Numbered from the stretch's first letter, positions 28,398 to 40,883 are shown. The stretch: DNA of 64,000 bases from an uncultured Lachnospiraceae bacterium (GCA_902786515.1 CADADA010000012.1:1454-65453), one strand, 5' to 3'. Notes: generated from the sequence alone by a model not told the origin. Numbers and translations are program-made.

Positions 28398-29033
28398 ATG
28401 AAGAAGGCTATTTTAGCAACAAAAGTTGGAATGACACAGATTTTCAACGAAGAAGGTGCATTAGTACCGGTTACTGTACTTCAGGCTGGTCCATGTGTGG
28501 TAACACAGGTTAAGACAGTGGACAATGACGGATACAGTGCAGTTCAGGTTGGTTTTGTTGATAAGAGAGAAAAATTAGTTTCAAAACCACTTAAAGGACA
28601 TTTTGACAAGGCTGGCGTATCTTATAAGAGATATATAAGAGAGTTCAAGCTTGAAAATGCTGAAGAATTTAATGTAAAGGACGAAATCAAAGCAGACGTA
28701 TTTGCAGCAGGTGATAAGATTGATGCAACTGCTATTGCAAAGGGAAAAGGTTTCCAGGGTGCAATCAAGAGACATGGACAGTCAAGAGGACCTATGGCTC
28801 ATGGTTCAAAGTATCATCGTCATGCAGGTTCAAATGGTGCTTGTTCTGATCCAAGTAAGGTATTTAAAGGAAAGAAGATGCCTGGACATATGGGTGCAAA
28901 GCAGATCACAATTCAGAACCTTGAGATCGTAAAAGTAGATGCTGAAAATAATTTAATCTTAGTAAAAGGTGCAGTACCGGGACCTAAGAAATCTTTAGTA
29001 ACAATCAAGGAAACTGTTAAGACAATTAACTAG
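28398..29033 (+). CDS. rplC: 50S ribosomal protein L3
   Basis: [12 protein letters not shown]...[12 protein letters not shown]. Confidence 0.96.
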   Translation: MKKAILATKVGMTQIFNEEGALVPVTVLQAGPCVVTQVKTVDNDGYSAVQVGFVDKREKLVSKPLKGHFDKAGVSYKRYIREFKLENAEEFNVKDEIKADVFAAGDKIDATAIAKGKGFQGAIKRHGQSRGPMAHGSKYHRHAGSNGACSDPSKVFKGKKMPGHMGAKQITIQNLEIVKVDAENNLILVKGAVPGPKKSLVTIKETVKTIN

Positions 29034-29059
29034 TTTTCTAAGGAAGGAGGAACACACAG

Positions 29060-29704
29060 ATGGCAAAGGTATCTGTTTACAATATGGAAGGCGGTCAGGT
29101 TGGCGATATCGAGCTTAACGATGCAGTCTTCGGTGTAGAAGTAAATGAACATTTAGTACATTTGGCAGTAGTAAATCAGCTTGCTAACAACCGTCAGGGA
29201 ACACAGAGCGCAAAGAATCGTTCAGAAGTAAGTGGCGGCGGAAGAAAGCCATGGAGACAGAAAGGAACAGGTCATGCAAGACAGGGTTCTACAAGATCTC
29301 CACAGTGGAAAGGCGGCGGCGTTGTATTTGCTCCAAAGCCAAGAGATTATTCATTCAAGATGAATAAGAAAGAAAAACAGAATGCTCTTAAGTCAGCTCT
29401 TACATCAAGAGTTCAGGAGAATAAGTTTATCGTAGTTGATTCTATTAAGTTAGATGAGATTAAGACAAAATCAATGGTATCTGCATTGAATAAGCTTAAT
29501 GCTTCAAAGGCTTTAGTCGTTATGAATCAGATAGATGAGAACGTTGTTTGCTCAGCAAAGAACATTCCTAATGTTAAGACATCTTACTTCTTCAAAGATG
29601 AAGATGGTGTTAAGACAACAATCAATGTTTATGATATATTAAAATACGATACAGTAGTAATTGATAAGGCTGCTGTAACAGCAATTGAGGAGGTGTATGC
29701 ATAA
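29060..29704 (+). CDS. rplD: 50S ribosomal protein L4
   Basis: [33 protein letters not shown]. Confidence 0.96.
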   Translation: MAKVSVYNMEGGQVGDIELNDAVFGVEVNEHLVHLAVVNQLANNRQGTQSAKNRSEVSGGGRKPWRQKGTGHARQGSTRSPQWKGGGVVFAPKPRDYSFKMNKKEKQNALKSALTSRVQENKFIVVDSIKLDEIKTKSMVSALNKLNASKALVVMNQIDENVVCSAKNIPNVKTSYFFKDEDGVKTTINVYDILKYDTVVIDKAAVTAIEEVYA

Positions 29705-30003
29705 TGGCAAACATTCAGTATTACGACGTTATCCTCAAGCCGGTTGTATCAGAAAAAAGTATGAATGCAATGGCAGAAAAGAAATATACATTTCTTGTTC
29801 ACACAGAGGCTACTAAGACTCAGATTAAAGAAGCTGTAGAAAAGCTTTTCGAAGGAACAAAGGTAAAGAGTGTTAACACAATGAACCTTGATGGAAAGAC
29901 TCGCAGAAGAGGAAATACTTTCGGAAAGACAGCTAAGAAGAAGAAAGCTATCGTACAGTTAACAGAAGATAGCAAAGAGATAGAGATATTCTCAGGTTTA
30001 TAA
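29704..30003 (+). CDS. rplW: 50S ribosomal protein L23
   Basis: [13 protein letters not shown]...F.V...A.K.QIK.AVE. Confidence 0.95.
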   Translation: MANIQYYDVILKPVVSEKSMNAMAEKKYTFLVHTEATKTQIKEAVEKLFEGTKVKSVNTMNLDGKTRRRGNTFGKTAKKKKAIVQLTEDSKEIEIFSGL

Positions 30004-30061
30004 GATAGATTGATATACGCAGACAAGCGTGAAAATAAACATTTTGAAAGGAGAAACTACA

Positions 30062-30904
30062 ATGGGAATCAGAACATATAACCCATATACACCTTCAAGA
30101 AGAAATATGACCGGTCTTGATTTTGATGAGATTACAAAGTCAACACCTGAAAAATCTTTAACAGTTTCACTGAAGAAGAATGCCGGTCGTAACAATCAGG
30201 GTAAGATTACAGTAAGACACCATGGTGGTGGTTCTAGAAGAAAATATAGAATAATCGATTTTAAGAGAAAGAAAGATGGAGTACCTGCAAAGGTAGTAAG
30301 CATCGAATATGATCCAAACAGAACAGCAAATATTGCACTTATCAGCTATGTAGATGGCGAAAAGGCATATATCCTTGCTCCTAACGGATTAAAAGTTGGA
30401 GATGAGCTTACAAACGGTGCAAATGCTGAAATCAAAGTTGGTAACTGCTTACCACTTGAGAATATTCCTGTTGGTACAGAAGTACACAATATTGAATTAT
30501 ATCCGGGAAGAGGCGGACAGCTTGTTCGTGCAGCCGGAAACTCAGCACAGCTTATGGCAAAAGAAGGTAAGTATGCAACACTCAGACTTCCTTCAGGCGA
30601 AATGAGAATGATAGCTCTTAACTGCCGTGCTACAATCGGAACAGTTGGTAATATTGAACATGACCTTGTTAAGATTGGTAAAGCAGGACGTAAGAGAAAT
30701 ATGGGTATCAGACCTACAGTTCGTGGTTCTGTCATGAACCCTAATGACCATCCACACGGTGGTGGTGAAGGTAAGACTGGAATCGGTCGTCCGGGTCCAT
30801 GTACACCTTGGGGTAAACCGGCACTTGGTTTGAAGACAAGAAAGAAGAACAAAGCTTCTAACAAGATGATTGTAAGAAGAAGAGATGGAAAGAACATGAA
30901 ATAG
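30062..30904 (+). CDS. rplB: 50S ribosomal protein L2
   Basis: [14 protein letters not shown]...GGGEGKTG. The ATG at 30062 follows GGAGAA (track start 30029). Confidence 0.96.
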   Translation: MGIRTYNPYTPSRRNMTGLDFDEITKSTPEKSLTVSLKKNAGRNNQGKITVRHHGGGSRRKYRIIDFKRKKDGVPAKVVSIEYDPNRTANIALISYVDGEKAYILAPNGLKVGDELTNGANAEIKVGNCLPLENIPVGTEVHNIELYPGRGGQLVRAAGNSAQLMAKEGKYATLRLPSGEMRMIALNCRATIGTVGNIEHDLVKIGKAGRKRNMGIRPTVRGSVMNPNDHPHGGGEGKTGIGRPGPCTPWGKPALGLKTRKKNKASNKMIVRRRDGKNMK

Positions 30905-30923
30905 TTTAAAGGAGGTTTGACCT

Positions 30924-31205
30924 ATGGCTCGATCATTAAAAAAAGGCCCATTTGCGGATGAGAGTTTATTGAAGAAGATAGATGCTATGAATGAATCAGG
31001 TGATAAGCAGGTAATAAAGACCTGGTCACGTCGTTCTACAATCTTCCCGCAGATGGTTGGACATACAATAGCAGTTCACGATGGAAGAAGACATGTACCT
31101 GTATATATTACAGAAGACATGGTTGGACATAAACTCGGAGAATTTGTAGCAACAAGAACATACAGAGGACATGGAAAAGACGAAAAGAAAACAGGCTCAA
31201 GATAG
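30924..31205 (+). CDS. rpsS: 30S ribosomal protein S19
   Basis: [10 protein letters not shown]...[21 protein letters not shown]. Confidence 0.96.
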   Translation: MARSLKKGPFADESLLKKIDAMNESGDKQVIKTWSRRSTIFPQMVGHTIAVHDGRRHVPVYITEDMVGHKLGEFVATRTYRGHGKDEKKTGSR

Positions 31206-31234
31206 TCCTATAATTTTGAAAGGAGGTTTTATCC

Positions 31235-31621
31235 ATGGCAAAAGGACACAGATCCCAGATTAAGAGAGAGAGAAATGCAAATAAAGATACAAGACCATCA
31301 GCTAAGTTATCTTACGCAAGAGTTCCTGTACAGAAAGCATGTTTCGTATTAGATGCCATTAGAGGAAAAAGTGTTACGGAAGCAATTGGTATTTTGACAT
31401 ATAGCCCAAGATATGCATCAGAAGTGATTCTGAAATTAGTAAAATCTGCAGCAGCAAATGCTGAGAACAATAATGGAATGAATCCTGATAAACTTTATAT
31501 TGAGGAGTGTTACGCAAGTAACGGCCCTATCATGAAGAGAATCAGACCTAGAGCACAGGGAAGAGCATATAGAATCGAAAAGAGAATGAGCCACATTACT
31601 GTAGTGCTTAACGAAAAATAA
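31235..31621 (+). CDS. rplV: 50S ribosomal protein L22
   Basis: Position in the cluster and [20 protein letters not shown]. Confidence 0.95.
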   Translation: MAKGHRSQIKRERNANKDTRPSAKLSYARVPVQKACFVLDAIRGKSVTEAIGILTYSPRYASEVILKLVKSAAANAENNNGMNPDKLYIEECYASNGPIMKRIRPRAQGRAYRIEKRMSHITVVLNEK

Positions 31622-31646
31622 TAGGAAACGTAGAAAGGAGATTAGT

Positions 31647-32306
31647 ATGGGACAGAAAGTAAATCCACATGGTTTAAGAGTTGGAGTTATTAAAGACTGG
31701 GACTCAAAGTGGTATGCTGAAGCTGATTTTGCTGATAATCTGGTTGAAGATAACAAAATCAGAACATATCTTAAAGAGAAGTTATACAATTCTGGTGTTT
31801 CCAGAATCGAAATAGAGAGAGCATCTGACAGAGTTAAGGTGATCGTTCACACAGCTAAGCCTGGTATCGTAATCGGTAAAGGTGGAGCAGAGATTGAAAA
31901 GCTTAAGAAAGAAGTTCAGAAGTTTACGGATAAGAAGTTACTTGTTGACATTAAGGAAGTGAAGAAGCCTGACAGAGATGCACAGCTTGTTGCTGAGAAC
32001 ATTGCAACACAGTTAGAGAACCGTGTATCTTTCAGAAGAGCAATGAAGTCTACAATGTCAAGATCAATGAAGGCTGGAGCAAAAGGTATCAAGACTTCAG
32101 TTTCAGGACGTCTTGGTGGTGCTGATATGGCTCGTACAGAGTTCTACAGCGAGGGAACTATTCCACTTCAGACATTACGTGCTGATATTGACTACGGCTT
32201 TGCAGAGGCTGATACAACCTACGGAAAAGTTGGTGTAAAGGTATGGATCTACAAAGGTGAAGTTCTTCCGGTAAAAGAAGTTGTTAAGGAAGGGAGCGAG
32301 AAATAA
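31647..32306 (+). CDS. rpsC: 30S ribosomal protein S3
   Basis: [13 protein letters not shown]...[10 protein letters not shown]. Confidence 0.96.
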   Translation: MGQKVNPHGLRVGVIKDWDSKWYAEADFADNLVEDNKIRTYLKEKLYNSGVSRIEIERASDRVKVIVHTAKPGIVIGKGGAEIEKLKKEVQKFTDKKLLVDIKEVKKPDRDAQLVAENIATQLENRVSFRRAMKSTMSRSMKAGAKGIKTSVSGRLGGADMARTEFYSEGTIPLQTLRADIDYGFAEADTTYGKVGVKVWIYKGEVLPVKEVVKEGSEK

Positions 32307-32743
32307 TGTTAATGCCAAAAAGAGTAAAGCGTCGTAAACAGTTCCGTGGCTCTATGAAAGGTAAAGCTACAAGAGGAAATAAAATCACATACGGTGAATT
32401 CGGAATCGTCGCTTTAGATCCAGCATGGATTAAATCAAATCAGATAGAAGCTGCCCGTATTGCTATGACACGTTATATCAAGCGTGGTGGTAAGGTTTGG
32501 ATAAAGATATTCCCAGATAAGCCAGTTACAGCAAAGCCTGCTGAAACTCGAATGGGTTCAGGAAAAGGAACTTTGGAATACTGGGTTGCAGTAGTTAAAC
32601 CAGGACGTGTTATGTTTGAAATAGCTGGTGTTCCGGAAGAAACAGCCAGAGAAGCATTACGTCTCGCAATGCACAAGTTACCGGTTAAGTGTAAGATTGT
32701 ATCTCGTGCAGATTTAGAAGGCGGTGATAACAGTGAAAATTAA
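32306..32743 (+). CDS. rplP: 50S ribosomal protein L16
   Basis: [15 protein letters not shown]...TRMGSGKG. Confidence 0.96.
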   Translation: MLMPKRVKRRKQFRGSMKGKATRGNKITYGEFGIVALDPAWIKSNQIEAARIAMTRYIKRGGKVWIKIFPDKPVTAKPAETRMGSGKGTLEYWVAVVKPGRVMFEIAGVPEETAREALRLAMHKLPVKCKIVSRADLEGGDNSEN

Positions 32744-32936
32744 TAAGTATTTAGAAGATTTGCAGACAAAATCAGCTGCAGAATTGAATGATGAATTAGT
32801 AGCTGCTAAAAAGGAACTCTTCAATTTGAGATTTCAGAACGCAACAAATCAGTTAGATAATACAAGCAGAATTAAAGAAGTTAGAAGAAACATTGCAAGA
32901 ATTCAGACTGTAATGACTCAGAAAGCTGCAAACTAA
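32724..32936 (+). CDS. rpmC: 50S ribosomal protein L29
   Basis: [19 protein letters not shown]. The start is GTG at 32724 or GTG at 32733. Confidence 0.93.
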   Translation: MITVKINKYLEDLQTKSAAELNDELVAAKKELFNLRFQNATNQLDNTSRIKEVRRNIARIQTVMTQKAAN

Positions 32937-32969
32937 TAGATATAGTATTCCGGGAAAGGAGGAACTGTT

Positions 32970-33227
32970 GTGGAAGAAAGAAATTTAAGAAAGACCAGAG
33001 TTGGTAAAGTTATAAGTGATAAGATGGATAAGACAATCGTTGTTGCTGTTGAAGATCATGTTAAGCATCCTCTTTACAAGAAAATCGTTAAGAGAACATA
33101 TAAGTTAAAAGCTCATGACGAGAACAACGAGTGTGGTATTGGAGATACAGTTAAAGTAATGGAGACAAGACCATTATCAAAGGATAAGAGATGGAGACTT
33201 GTTCAGATCGTTGAGAAAGCTAGATAG
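32970..33227 (+). CDS. rpsQ: 30S ribosomal protein S17
   Basis: [19 protein letters not shown]...[13 protein letters not shown] start after AAAGGAGG. Confidence 0.95.
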   Translation: MEERNLRKTRVGKVISDKMDKTIVVAVEDHVKHPLYKKIVKRTYKLKAHDENNECGIGDTVKVMETRPLSKDKRWRLVQIVEKAR

Positions 33228-33266
33228 AGCCTCAAAATACAGATATGAGTTGAAAGGAGTATTATT

Positions 33267-33635
33267 ATGATTCAACAGGAAAGCAGACTTAAAGTTGCTG
33301 ACAATACCGGCGCTAAAGAGTTACTCTGTATCAGAGTTCTGGGCGGTTCTACTAGAAGATATGCTAATATCGGTGACATCATCGTTGCTTCTGTCAAAGA
33401 TGCAACACCAGGCGGTGTTGTAAAAAAAGGTGATGTTGTAAAAGCCGTAGTAGTTCGTTCAGTAAATGGCGCACGCCGTAAAGACGGTTCTTATATAAAA
33501 TTTGATGAAAATGCTGCTGTTATTATTAAAGATGATAAAACGCCAAGAGGAACACGTATTTTTGGACCAGTAGCCAGAGAGCTAAGAGAAAAACAGTTTA
33601 TGAAAATTGTTTCATTAGCACCTGAAGTATTATAA
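33267..33635 (+). CDS. rplN: 50S ribosomal protein L14
   Basis: [27 protein letters not shown]. Confidence 0.97.
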   Translation: MIQQESRLKVADNTGAKELLCIRVLGGSTRRYANIGDIIVASVKDATPGGVVKKGDVVKAVVVRSVNGARRKDGSYIKFDENAAVIIKDDKTPRGTRIFGPVARELREKQFMKIVSLAPEVL

Positions 33636-33647
33636 GGAGGTGTAGGC

Positions 33648-33959
33648 ATGGCAACGAGTAAAATTAAAAAAGGCGATTTGGTTAGAGTTATCGCCGGTAA
33701 AGATAAAGATAAGGAAGGCAAAGTTCTTTCTGTAGATACAAAAAATTCAAAGGTTGTTGTGGAAGGCGTAAATATGGTAACAAAGCATACAAAGCCTAAC
33801 GCACAGAATCCTAGCGGTGGTATCATCAGCCAGGAAGCTGCATTGGATATCTCGAATGTTATGTATGTATCAAAAGGAAAAGTTACAAGAATTGGTTTCC
33901 AGATCAATGATGGTAAAAAAGTTCGTGTTGCAAAGGCGACAGGCGAGGTTATAGATTAA
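33648..33959 (+). CDS. rplX: 50S ribosomal protein L24
   Basis: KIKKGDLVRVIAGKDKDKEGKVL (KOW motif). Confidence 0.95.
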   Translation: MATSKIKKGDLVRVIAGKDKDKEGKVLSVDTKNSKVVVEGVNMVTKHTKPNAQNPSGGIISQEAALDISNVMYVSKGKVTRIGFQINDGKKVRVAKATGEVID

Positions 33960-33983
33960 TTCTAAGGAAGGAGGTTCACAACG

Positions 33984-34523
33984 TTGAGTAGACTTAAAGA
34001 GACATATAAGAACGAAATTGTAGATGCAATGACAAAGAAGTTTGGATACAAGAATGTTATGGAAGTTCCAAAACTTGATAAGATTGTTATAAATATGGGC
34101 GTTGGTGAAGCAAAAGACAATGCAAAGGTATTGGATGCAGCTGTCAGTGATTTAACAATTATCTCAGGACAGAAACCAGTGCTTACAAGAGCAAAGAACT
34201 CAATTGCTAACTTCAAATTAAGAGAAGGCGTTGCAATTGGATGTAAGGTAACTTTAAGAGGCGAGAAGATGTACGAATTTTTAGATCGTCTTGTAAACCT
34301 TGCATTGCCACGTGTACGTGACTTTAGAGGTGTAAATCCTAATGCATTTGATGGTAGAGGAAATTATGCACTTGGAATCAAGGAGCAGCTTATTTTCCCT
34401 GAAATCGAGTATGATAAAGTAGACAAAGTCAGAGGTATGGATGTAATTATTGTTACAACAGCTAAGACTGATGAAGAAGCTCGTGAATTATTGACATTAT
34501 TCAATATGCCGTTTAAGAAATAG
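33984..34523 (+). CDS. rplE: 50S ribosomal protein L5
   Basis: [11 protein letters not shown]...[12 protein letters not shown] start after AAGGAAGGAGG. Confidence 0.95.
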   Translation: MSRLKETYKNEIVDAMTKKFGYKNVMEVPKLDKIVINMGVGEAKDNAKVLDAAVSDLTIISGQKPVLTRAKNSIANFKLREGVAIGCKVTLRGEKMYEFLDRLVNLALPRVRDFRGVNPNAFDGRGNYALGIKEQLIFPEIEYDKVDKVRGMDVIIVTTAKTDEEARELLTLFNMPFKK

Positions 34524-34538
34524 TTAGGAGGTATTTAC

Positions 34539-34724
34539 ATGGCTAAAACTGCTATGAAAGTTAAGCAGCAGCGTAAAGCAAAATTCTCAACACAGGAATA
34601 TAGTCGTTGTAGAATTTGTGGTCGTCCACATGCTTATTTGAGAAAATATGGAATTTGCAGAATATGTTTCCGTGAGTTGGCTTATAAAGGACAGATTCCA
34701 GGTGTTAAGAAAGCCAGCTGGTAA
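34539..34724 (+). CDS. rpsN: 30S ribosomal protein S14, zinc-binding type Z
   Basis: 61 aa with [23 protein letters not shown]. Confidence 0.95.
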   Translation: MAKTAMKVKQQRKAKFSTQEYSRCRICGRPHAYLRKYGICRICFRELAYKGQIPGVKKASW

Positions 34725-34755
34725 GAGAAAAGGTTAGGAAGGAGGCAATTTAAAA

Positions 34756-35157
34756 ATGACAACTAATGATCCAATCGCAGATATGCTTACAAGAATTCGT
34801 AATGCAAATACTGCTAAACATGATACAGTAGATATTCCGGCATCTAAGATGAAAATATCTATCGCTGAGATTCTTTTAAATGAAGGATATATCAGCAAAT
34901 TTGATATCGTTGAGGATGGTAAGTTCAAAACGATAAGAGTGACATTAAAGTACGGTCAGGACAAGAACGAGAAGGTTATTTCAGGTATTAAGAGAATTTC
35001 TAAACCAGGACTTCGTGTTTACGCCGGTAAGGAAGACCTGCCGAGAGTACTTGGTGGACTCGGAATTGCAATCATATCAACCAACAATGGTGTAATTACA
35101 GATAAGCAGGCAAGAAAACTCGGCGTAGGTGGAGAAGTGCTTGCATTTGTATGGTAA
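34756..35157 (+). CDS. rpsH: 30S ribosomal protein S8
   Basis: [13 protein letters not shown]...GGE.L..VW. Confidence 0.96.
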   Translation: MTTNDPIADMLTRIRNANTAKHDTVDIPASKMKISIAEILLNEGYISKFDIVEDGKFKTIRVTLKYGQDKNEKVISGIKRISKPGLRVYAGKEDLPRVLGGLGIAIISTNNGVITDKQARKLGVGGEVLAFVW

Positions 35158-35193
35158 TATATAGACTCTAAATTATATTAGGAGGTGTACGGC

Positions 35194-35736
35194 ATGTCAC
35201 GTATAGGAAGAATGCCTATCGCTATACCTGCTGGTGTTACTGTAGATATAGCAGAAAATAATAAGGTGACTGTAAAAGGACCAAAGGGAACTCTTGAAAG
35301 AGTTTTACCTTCGGAAATGGAAATAAAATTAGAAGACAATCAGGTAGTTGTGGCAAGACCAAATGATTTAAAGAAAATGAAATCATTACACGGTCTTACA
35401 AGAACATTGATTAACAACATGGTAATCGGTGTTACAGACGGATATGAGAAAGTTCTTGAAATCAACGGTGTTGGTTACAGAGGACAGAAACAGGGAAAGA
35501 AATTAGTGTTATCTCTTGGATATTCACATCCTGTTGAGATGGAAGATCCTGAAGGAATCGAGACAGTATTAGAAGGAACAAATAAGATAACAGTTAAAGG
35601 TATCGATAAAGAAAAAGTAGGCCAGTACGCTGCTGAAATCAGAGCAAAGAGAAGTCCTGAACCTTACAAAGGAAAAGGTATTAAGTATGCTGATGAAGTA
35701 ATCAGACGTAAAGTTGGTAAGACTGGTAAGAAATAA
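35194..35736 (+). CDS. rplF: 50S ribosomal protein L6
   Basis: [12 protein letters not shown]...GYSHPV. The ATG at 35194 follows AGGAGGTG (track start 35185). Confidence 0.95.
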   Translation: MSRIGRMPIAIPAGVTVDIAENNKVTVKGPKGTLERVLPSEMEIKLEDNQVVVARPNDLKKMKSLHGLTRTLINNMVIGVTDGYEKVLEINGVGYRGQKQGKKLVLSLGYSHPVEMEDPEGIETVLEGTNKITVKGIDKEKVGQYAAEIRAKRSPEPYKGKGIKYADEVIRRKVGKTGKK

Positions 35737-35753
35737 TTAAAGGAGTGACAAAG

Positions 35754-36122
35754 ATGGTTAGTAAAAAATCAAGAACAGAAGTTCGTTTGGATAAGCATAG
35801 AAGAATACGTAGCCGTTTAAGTGGAACAGCTCAGTGCCCACGTTTAGCTGTGTTTAGAAGTAATAATCATATGTACGCTCAGATTATTGACGATACAGTT
35901 GGTAATACACTTGTATCAGCATCTACACTTCAGAAAGAAGTTAAAGCTGAGTGCGAGAAGACAAATAACGTTGATGCAGCAGCACACTTAGGTACTGTTA
36001 TTGCTAAGAAAGCGTTAGATAAAGGTATTAAGACTGTTGTCTTTGACAGAGGCGGATTCATATATCAAGGTAAAGTAAAAGCATTAGCAGACGCAGCTAG
36101 AGAAGCTGGTCTCGAATTCTAA
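35754..36122 (+). CDS. rplR: 50S ribosomal protein L18
   Basis: RHRRIR.R..GT...[16 protein letters not shown]...FDRGG..Y.G.V.A.A..ARE.GL.F. Confidence 0.95.
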   Translation: MVSKKSRTEVRLDKHRRIRSRLSGTAQCPRLAVFRSNNHMYAQIIDDTVGNTLVSASTLQKEVKAECEKTNNVDAAAHLGTVIAKKALDKGIKTVVFDRGGFIYQGKVKALADAAREAGLEF

Positions 36123-36138
36123 TCAAGGAGGAGAACAC

Positions 36139-36648
36139 ATGAAACGTACAATCGTTGATGCTAGTCAGTTAGAATTAGAAGAAAAAGTAGTATCAATAAA
36201 GCGTGTAACAAAGGTTGTAAAAGGTGGACGTAACATGAGATTTGCAGCCCTTGTTGTTGTCGGTGATGGTAACGGACACGTTGGTGCAGGTTTAGGAAAA
36301 GCAACTGAAATTCCTGAAGCAATTCGTAAAGGAAAAGAGGATGCTATCAAAAAGCTTGTAACAGTTGCAATTGATGAAAACTTGAGTATTCCTCATGATA
36401 CATTGGGAGAATTCGGCAGCGCTTCAGTATTATTGAAGAAAGCTCCGGAAGGTACCGGTGTTATCGCAGGTGGTCCGGCACGTAACGTGTTAGAGCTTGC
36501 AGGTATCAAGAATATCAGAACAAAGTCATTAGGTTCAAATAATAAGCAGAATGTAGTATTAGCTACTATTGCCGGTTTATCTGGATTAAAGACTCCTGAA
36601 GAAGTAGCTAGACTTCGTGGTAAATCTGTAGAAGAAATATTAGGCTAA
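36139..36648 (+). CDS. rpsE: 30S ribosomal protein S5
   Basis: [35 protein letters not shown]. Confidence 0.96.
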   Translation: MKRTIVDASQLELEEKVVSIKRVTKVVKGGRNMRFAALVVVGDGNGHVGAGLGKATEIPEAIRKGKEDAIKKLVTVAIDENLSIPHDTLGEFGSASVLLKKAPEGTGVIAGGPARNVLELAGIKNIRTKSLGSNNKQNVVLATIAGLSGLKTPEEVARLRGKSVEEILG

Positions 36649-36663
36649 TAGGAGGTAAAAGTA

Positions 36664-36846
36664 ATGGCAAATACATTAAAAATAACATTAGTGAAATCTA
36701 CTATTGGTGCAGTTCCAAAGCATAAAAAGACAGTTGAAGCTTTAGGTTTAAGAAAGCTTAATAAAACTGTAGAGATGCCTGATAATCCTGCAGTAAGAGG
36801 TATGATTCAGCAAGTTAGACATTTAGTAAAAGTAGAAGAAATATAA
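36664..36846 (+). CDS. rpmD: 50S ribosomal protein L30
   Basis: [10 protein letters not shown]....K.T..ALGLRK. Confidence 0.94.
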   Translation: MANTLKITLVKSTIGAVPKHKKTVEALGLRKLNKTVEMPDNPAVRGMIQQVRHLVKVEEI

Positions 36847-36869
36847 TTTCTGAATAAGGAGGTGCAAGC

Positions 36870-37313
36870 ATGGACTTATCAAATTTAAAGCCGGCAGAAG
36901 GCGCAACACATAATGATAATTTCAGACGTGGACGTGGTCACGGTTCCGGAAATGGTAAGACAGCCGGTAAAGGTCATAAAGGTCAGAAGGCTCGTTCAGG
37001 AGCTCCAAGAATAGGCTTCGAAGGTGGACAGATGCCTTTATACAGAAGAATTCCTAAGAGAGGATTCACAAATAGAAATTCTAAGTATATCGTTGGAATT
37101 AACGTTAGTGTACTTGAAGAGAAATTTGAAGACGGAGCAACTGTTACAGTTGAAGAGTTAATCGAAAAAGGTATCGTTAAAAACCCAAGAGATGGTGTTA
37201 AGATACTTGGAAATGGAGAACTTACTAAGAAGCTTAATGTTAAGGTTAGTGCATTCAGTGAAGGTGCTAAATCTAAGATTGAGGCTCTTGGTGGAACCTG
37301 TGAGGTGATTTAA
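36870..37313 (+). CDS. rplO: 50S ribosomal protein L15
   Basis: [24 protein letters not shown]. Confidence 0.95.
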   Translation: MDLSNLKPAEGATHNDNFRRGRGHGSGNGKTAGKGHKGQKARSGAPRIGFEGGQMPLYRRIPKRGFTNRNSKYIVGINVSVLEEKFEDGATVTVEELIEKGIVKNPRDGVKILGNGELTKKLNVKVSAFSEGAKSKIEALGGTCEVI

Positions 37314-38641
37314 TGTTAAAAACTCTTAGAGACGCATTAAAAGTACAAGAAATTAGAAAGAGATTATTATACACATTTTTCATCTTAGTCGTTGTCAGAA
37401 TTGGCTGTCAGGTGCCAATTCCGGGAACGGACAGTAGTGTAATAAAAGAACTGACGACCCAGTTCGCTGGTGGTTCGTTCAGTTTCTTTGATGCAATGAC
37501 AGGTGGTTCTTTTGAAAACATGTCATTATTTGCATTAAATATCACGCCGTACATAACGGCATCAATTATTATGCAGTTATTGACAATTGCGATTCCTGCC
37601 CTTGAAGAAATCCAGAAGGATGGAGAGGAAGGAAGAAAGAAAATTGCTGAGATTACAAGATATATGACAATTGCACTGTCATTAATCGAAAGTTTGGCAA
37701 TGGCAATCGGATTTGGAAGCCAGGGTCTTTTTGGCGCAAGATCAAGCATGTCAACAGGACAGTATGTATGGGTGATTGCAGTAGCTGTTATTACTATGAC
37801 GGCTGGTTCAGCACTTATTATGTGGCTTGGTGAAACAGTGAATGAAAATGGAATTGGTAATGGTATTTCGATAGTATTGTTGATTAATATCGTAGCAAGA
37901 ATTCCAAGTGATTTTGCCGGATTATTTGATAAATACGTAATGAATGCCGCATCTGTCGGTGCGAAAGGTCTAGGTGCAATTTTGATTGTCGTTATAACAG
38001 CAGTCATTGTTGCAATGGTAGTTGTATTACAGGGTGGAGAAAGAAGAATCCCTGTACAGTACGCAAAGAAGATTCAGGGAAGAAGAACAGTTGGTGGACA
38101 GTCTTCACACATTCCATTGAAGATTAATACAGCGGGTGTTATTCCAATCATTTTTGCACAGTCAATCTTACAGTTCCCTGTTGTAATTGCAAGATTTGTT
38201 ACAGGTACAACTCCTGAGTGGACATTCTATCTTACATCAAGCTATTGGTGTAAAGGTGGTTCAAGTATCAAATATTCAATAGGATTTATTGTTTATATCG
38301 TTATGGTAATCGGTTTTGCGTATTTCTATACATCAATTACATTTAATCCTATGGAAGTTGCAGATAACATGAAGAAACAGGGTGGATTTATTCCTGGTAT
38401 AAGACCTGGAAAACCTACTACTGAATATTTGAATACATTATTGAACTATATAGTTTTCATTGGTGCTGTAGGTCTTCTTATTGTAGCATCAATACCTATC
38501 GTATTTTCGGGTATCACAGGTTCTAACCTTTCATTTGGTGGTACTTCGTTAATTATTATAGTTGGTGTTGTATTAGAGACATTAAAACAGATAGAGTCAC
38601 TTATGGTAGTAAGAAGCTACAAGGGATTCTTAACAGAATAG
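37313..38641 (+). CDS. secY: Preprotein translocase subunit SecY
   Basis: 442-aa 10-TM protein in the conserved position after rplO, with LFALNITPYITASIIMQLL. Confidence 0.95.
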   Translation: MLKTLRDALKVQEIRKRLLYTFFILVVVRIGCQVPIPGTDSSVIKELTTQFAGGSFSFFDAMTGGSFENMSLFALNITPYITASIIMQLLTIAIPALEEIQKDGEEGRKKIAEITRYMTIALSLIESLAMAIGFGSQGLFGARSSMSTGQYVWVIAVAVITMTAGSALIMWLGETVNENGIGNGISIVLLINIVARIPSDFAGLFDKYVMNAASVGAKGLGAILIVVITAVIVAMVVVLQGGERRIPVQYAKKIQGRRTVGGQSSHIPLKINTAGVIPIIFAQSILQFPVVIARFVTGTTPEWTFYLTSSYWCKGGSSIKYSIGFIVYIVMVIGFAYFYTSITFNPMEVADNMKKQGGFIPGIRPGKPTTEYLNTLLNYIVFIGAVGLLIVASIPIVFSGITGSNLSFGGTSLIIIVGVVLETLKQIESLMVVRSYKGFLTE

Positions 38642-38731
38642 TACTAAAGTATATAAGGCAATGGAACGCAGTTAATCTGCGATTCATTGTCATATTACTT
38701 ATATAAAGAAAAATGAAAGGAATGTATGACT

Positions 38732-39376
38732 ATGAAAATTATTATGTTAGGTGCACCTGGTGCAGGAAAAGGAACACAGGCAAAGAAAATCGCTGAGAAA
38801 TACAAGATTCCTCATATTTCAACCGGAGATATTTTCAGAGCAAATATTAAAGAGGGAACAGAGTTAGGTAAAAAAGCCAAAACATACATGGATCAGGGAT
38901 TACTTGTACCGGATGAATTGGTAGTTGATCTGGTAGTTGACAGGGTAAAACAGGATGATTGTACAAATGGTTATGTGCTTGACGGTTTCCCAAGAACTAT
39001 TCCACAGGCTGAAAGTCTTGATGCTGCATTGGAAAAAATTGGTGAAAAAATCGATTATGCTATCAATGTAGAGGTTCCGGATGAAAATATCGTAAGAAGA
39101 ATGTCAGGAAGACGCGCATGCCTTGGATGTGGAGCAACATATCATATCGAGCATATTCCACCAAAGACAGAGGGAATATGTGATACTTGCGGTAAAGAGC
39201 TTGTACTTAGAGATGATGATAAGCCGGAGACAGTTACAAAGAGATTAAATGTTTATCATGAGCAGACACAGCCATTGATTGATTATTATACTGATAAGAA
39301 GGTATTGGCTGAGGTAGACGGAACAAAAGATATGGCAGAAGTATTTTCTGATATTGTTAAGATATTAGGAGAATAA
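38732..39376 (+). CDS. adk: Adenylate kinase (zinc-lid type)
   Basis: [17 protein letters not shown] and a CxxC...CxxC lid (CLGCGATYH...CDTCG). Confidence 0.95.
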   Translation: MKIIMLGAPGAGKGTQAKKIAEKYKIPHISTGDIFRANIKEGTELGKKAKTYMDQGLLVPDELVVDLVVDRVKQDDCTNGYVLDGFPRTIPQAESLDAALEKIGEKIDYAINVEVPDENIVRRMSGRRACLGCGATYHIEHIPPKTEGICDTCGKELVLRDDDKPETVTKRLNVYHEQTQPLIDYYTDKKVLAEVDGTKDMAEVFSDIVKILGE

Positions 39377-39380
39377 CATA

Positions 39381-40145
39381 ATGGCAGTGACAATCAAATC
39401 TAAAAGTGAGATTGAATATATGCGTGAAGCGGGCAGAATGCTTGCCATCGTCCATCAGGAGATGGCGGGCATCATTAAGCCCGGAATATCAACTATGGAT
39501 ATTAACAGAAAGGGTGAAGCGGTAATAAGAAAGTTTGGGTGTATACCTTCATTTTTAAATTATCATGGATACCCGGCTTCCATATGTGTTTCCGTGAACG
39601 AAGAAATAGTTCATGGAATACCAAGAGAAGATAAAGTTTTGCAGGAGGGCGATATAGTCAGTTTAGATGCGGGTTTGATATATAAGGGCTATCACGCCGA
39701 TGCTGCAAGAACACATGGTGTTGGTAAGATTAGCGATGAAGCAAAATTACTGATAGAAGATACTGAAAAAAGTTTTTTCCAAGGTTTAAAACATGCGATA
39801 TCAGGCAATCATTTAAATGATATATGTTCTGCGATTGACGGATATGTTACTCCAAGAGGATATGGCATTGTTAAGGAACTGGTTGGACATGGAATTGGTA
39901 CAGAGTTACATGAGCCACCGGAAATTCCGAATTTTAAAATGAACCGTAGAGGAATCAGGTTACAAAACGGTATGACACTTGCAATAGAACCGATGATAAC
40001 TGCAGGCAGTCCGGATACAAAATGGATGCCTGACAGATGGACTGTTGTTACAAAGGATAAGTCTTTAGCAGCCCATTATGAAAATACGGTGCTGATTACG
40101 GAAGGTCTGCCGGAAATATTAACATTATTAAGTGAGGGAAATTGA
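39381..40145 (+). CDS. map: Type I methionine aminopeptidase
   Basis: Metal ligands in the DAG..YKGYHAD...GHGIG...EP contexts. Confidence 0.94.
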   Translation: MAVTIKSKSEIEYMREAGRMLAIVHQEMAGIIKPGISTMDINRKGEAVIRKFGCIPSFLNYHGYPASICVSVNEEIVHGIPREDKVLQEGDIVSLDAGLIYKGYHADAARTHGVGKISDEAKLLIEDTEKSFFQGLKHAISGNHLNDICSAIDGYVTPRGYGIVKELVGHGIGTELHEPPEIPNFKMNRRGIRLQNGMTLAIEPMITAGSPDTKWMPDRWTVVTKDKSLAAHYENTVLITEGLPEILTLLSEGN

Positions 40146-40420
40146 TGATTACATATCGAGAAGGTGAAATGGCTAAATCAAAATCCGGACATGACAGAGA
40201 TAAAATATATATCATAATAAAAGAAGAAAGTGAATATGTTTATCTGGTGGATGGAAAGTATAGAACAATTGATAAGCCTAAGCGAAAAAATAAAAGACAT
40301 ATACAGTTGATTCATTGTGTTGATTCTGTTGTTGGAGAAAAGATAAGAAATCATGAATTGGTTGATGATGTTGAAATAAGGGCAGAAATTAAAAAAGCAG
40401 GTAAAACGTTATTGTTGTAA
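40142..40420 (+). CDS. Small KOW-domain-like RNA-binding protein
   Basis: Conserved slot between map and infA in clostridial spc operons, with SKSGHDRDKIYIIIKE. The start is uncertain (40142, 40145 or 40169). Confidence 0.6.
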   Translation: MMITYREGEMAKSKSGHDRDKIYIIIKEESEYVYLVDGKYRTIDKPKRKNKRHIQLIHCVDSVVGEKIRNHELVDDVEIRAEIKKAGKTLLL

Positions 40421-40452
40421 AAACAGTCACATATAATTAGGAGGTTGAGTAA

Positions 40453-40671
40453 ATGTCAAAGACAGATGTTATCGAAATAGAAGGAGTAGTTATTGAAAAG
40501 TTACCAAATGCAATGTTCCAGGTTGAACTTGAGAACGGTCACAAGGTGCTTGCACATATAAGCGGAAAGCTTAGAATGAATTTCATCAGAATATTGCCTG
40601 GTGACAAGGTTACTATTGAAATGTCACCATATGATTTGTCAAAAGGACGTATCATCTGGAGAGACAAATAA
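40453..40671 (+). CDS. infA: Translation initiation factor IF-1
   Basis: [33 protein letters not shown]. Confidence 0.96.
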   Translation: MSKTDVIEIEGVVIEKLPNAMFQVELENGHKVLAHISGKLRMNFIRILPGDKVTIEMSPYDLSKGRIIWRDK

Positions 40672-40769
40672 GTAACAATTATTTACCAATAAAGTGAAAA
40701 TTGTGCTTGATTATTATATTAAGGCATGTTATACTTTAAGTCGGATTTTTTTTGAAAGGAGGATTTACC

Positions 40770-40883
40770 GTGAAGGTTAGATCATCAGTAAAGCCTATAT
40801 GTGAAAAATGTAAGGTTATCAAGAGAAAGGGAAGAATCAGAGTAATCTGTGAGAACCCAAAGCATAAGCAGAGACAGGGCTAA
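40770..40883 (+). CDS. rpmJ: 50S ribosomal protein L36
   Basis: Own translation; the ORF is below the track size cutoff. GTG start after AAAGGAGG: (M)[36 protein letters not shown]. Confidence 0.93.
   Translation: MKVRSSVKPICEKCKVIKRKGRIRVICENPKHKQRQG

Noticed and set aside
30346-30897. 183-aa minus-strand ORF antisense to rplB
   Set aside because: It is antisense to a highly conserved, clearly coding ribosomal gene. The same reasoning applies to 33491-33907 (antisense to rplN/rplX) and 37408-38007 (antisense to secY). These are typical shadow ORFs.
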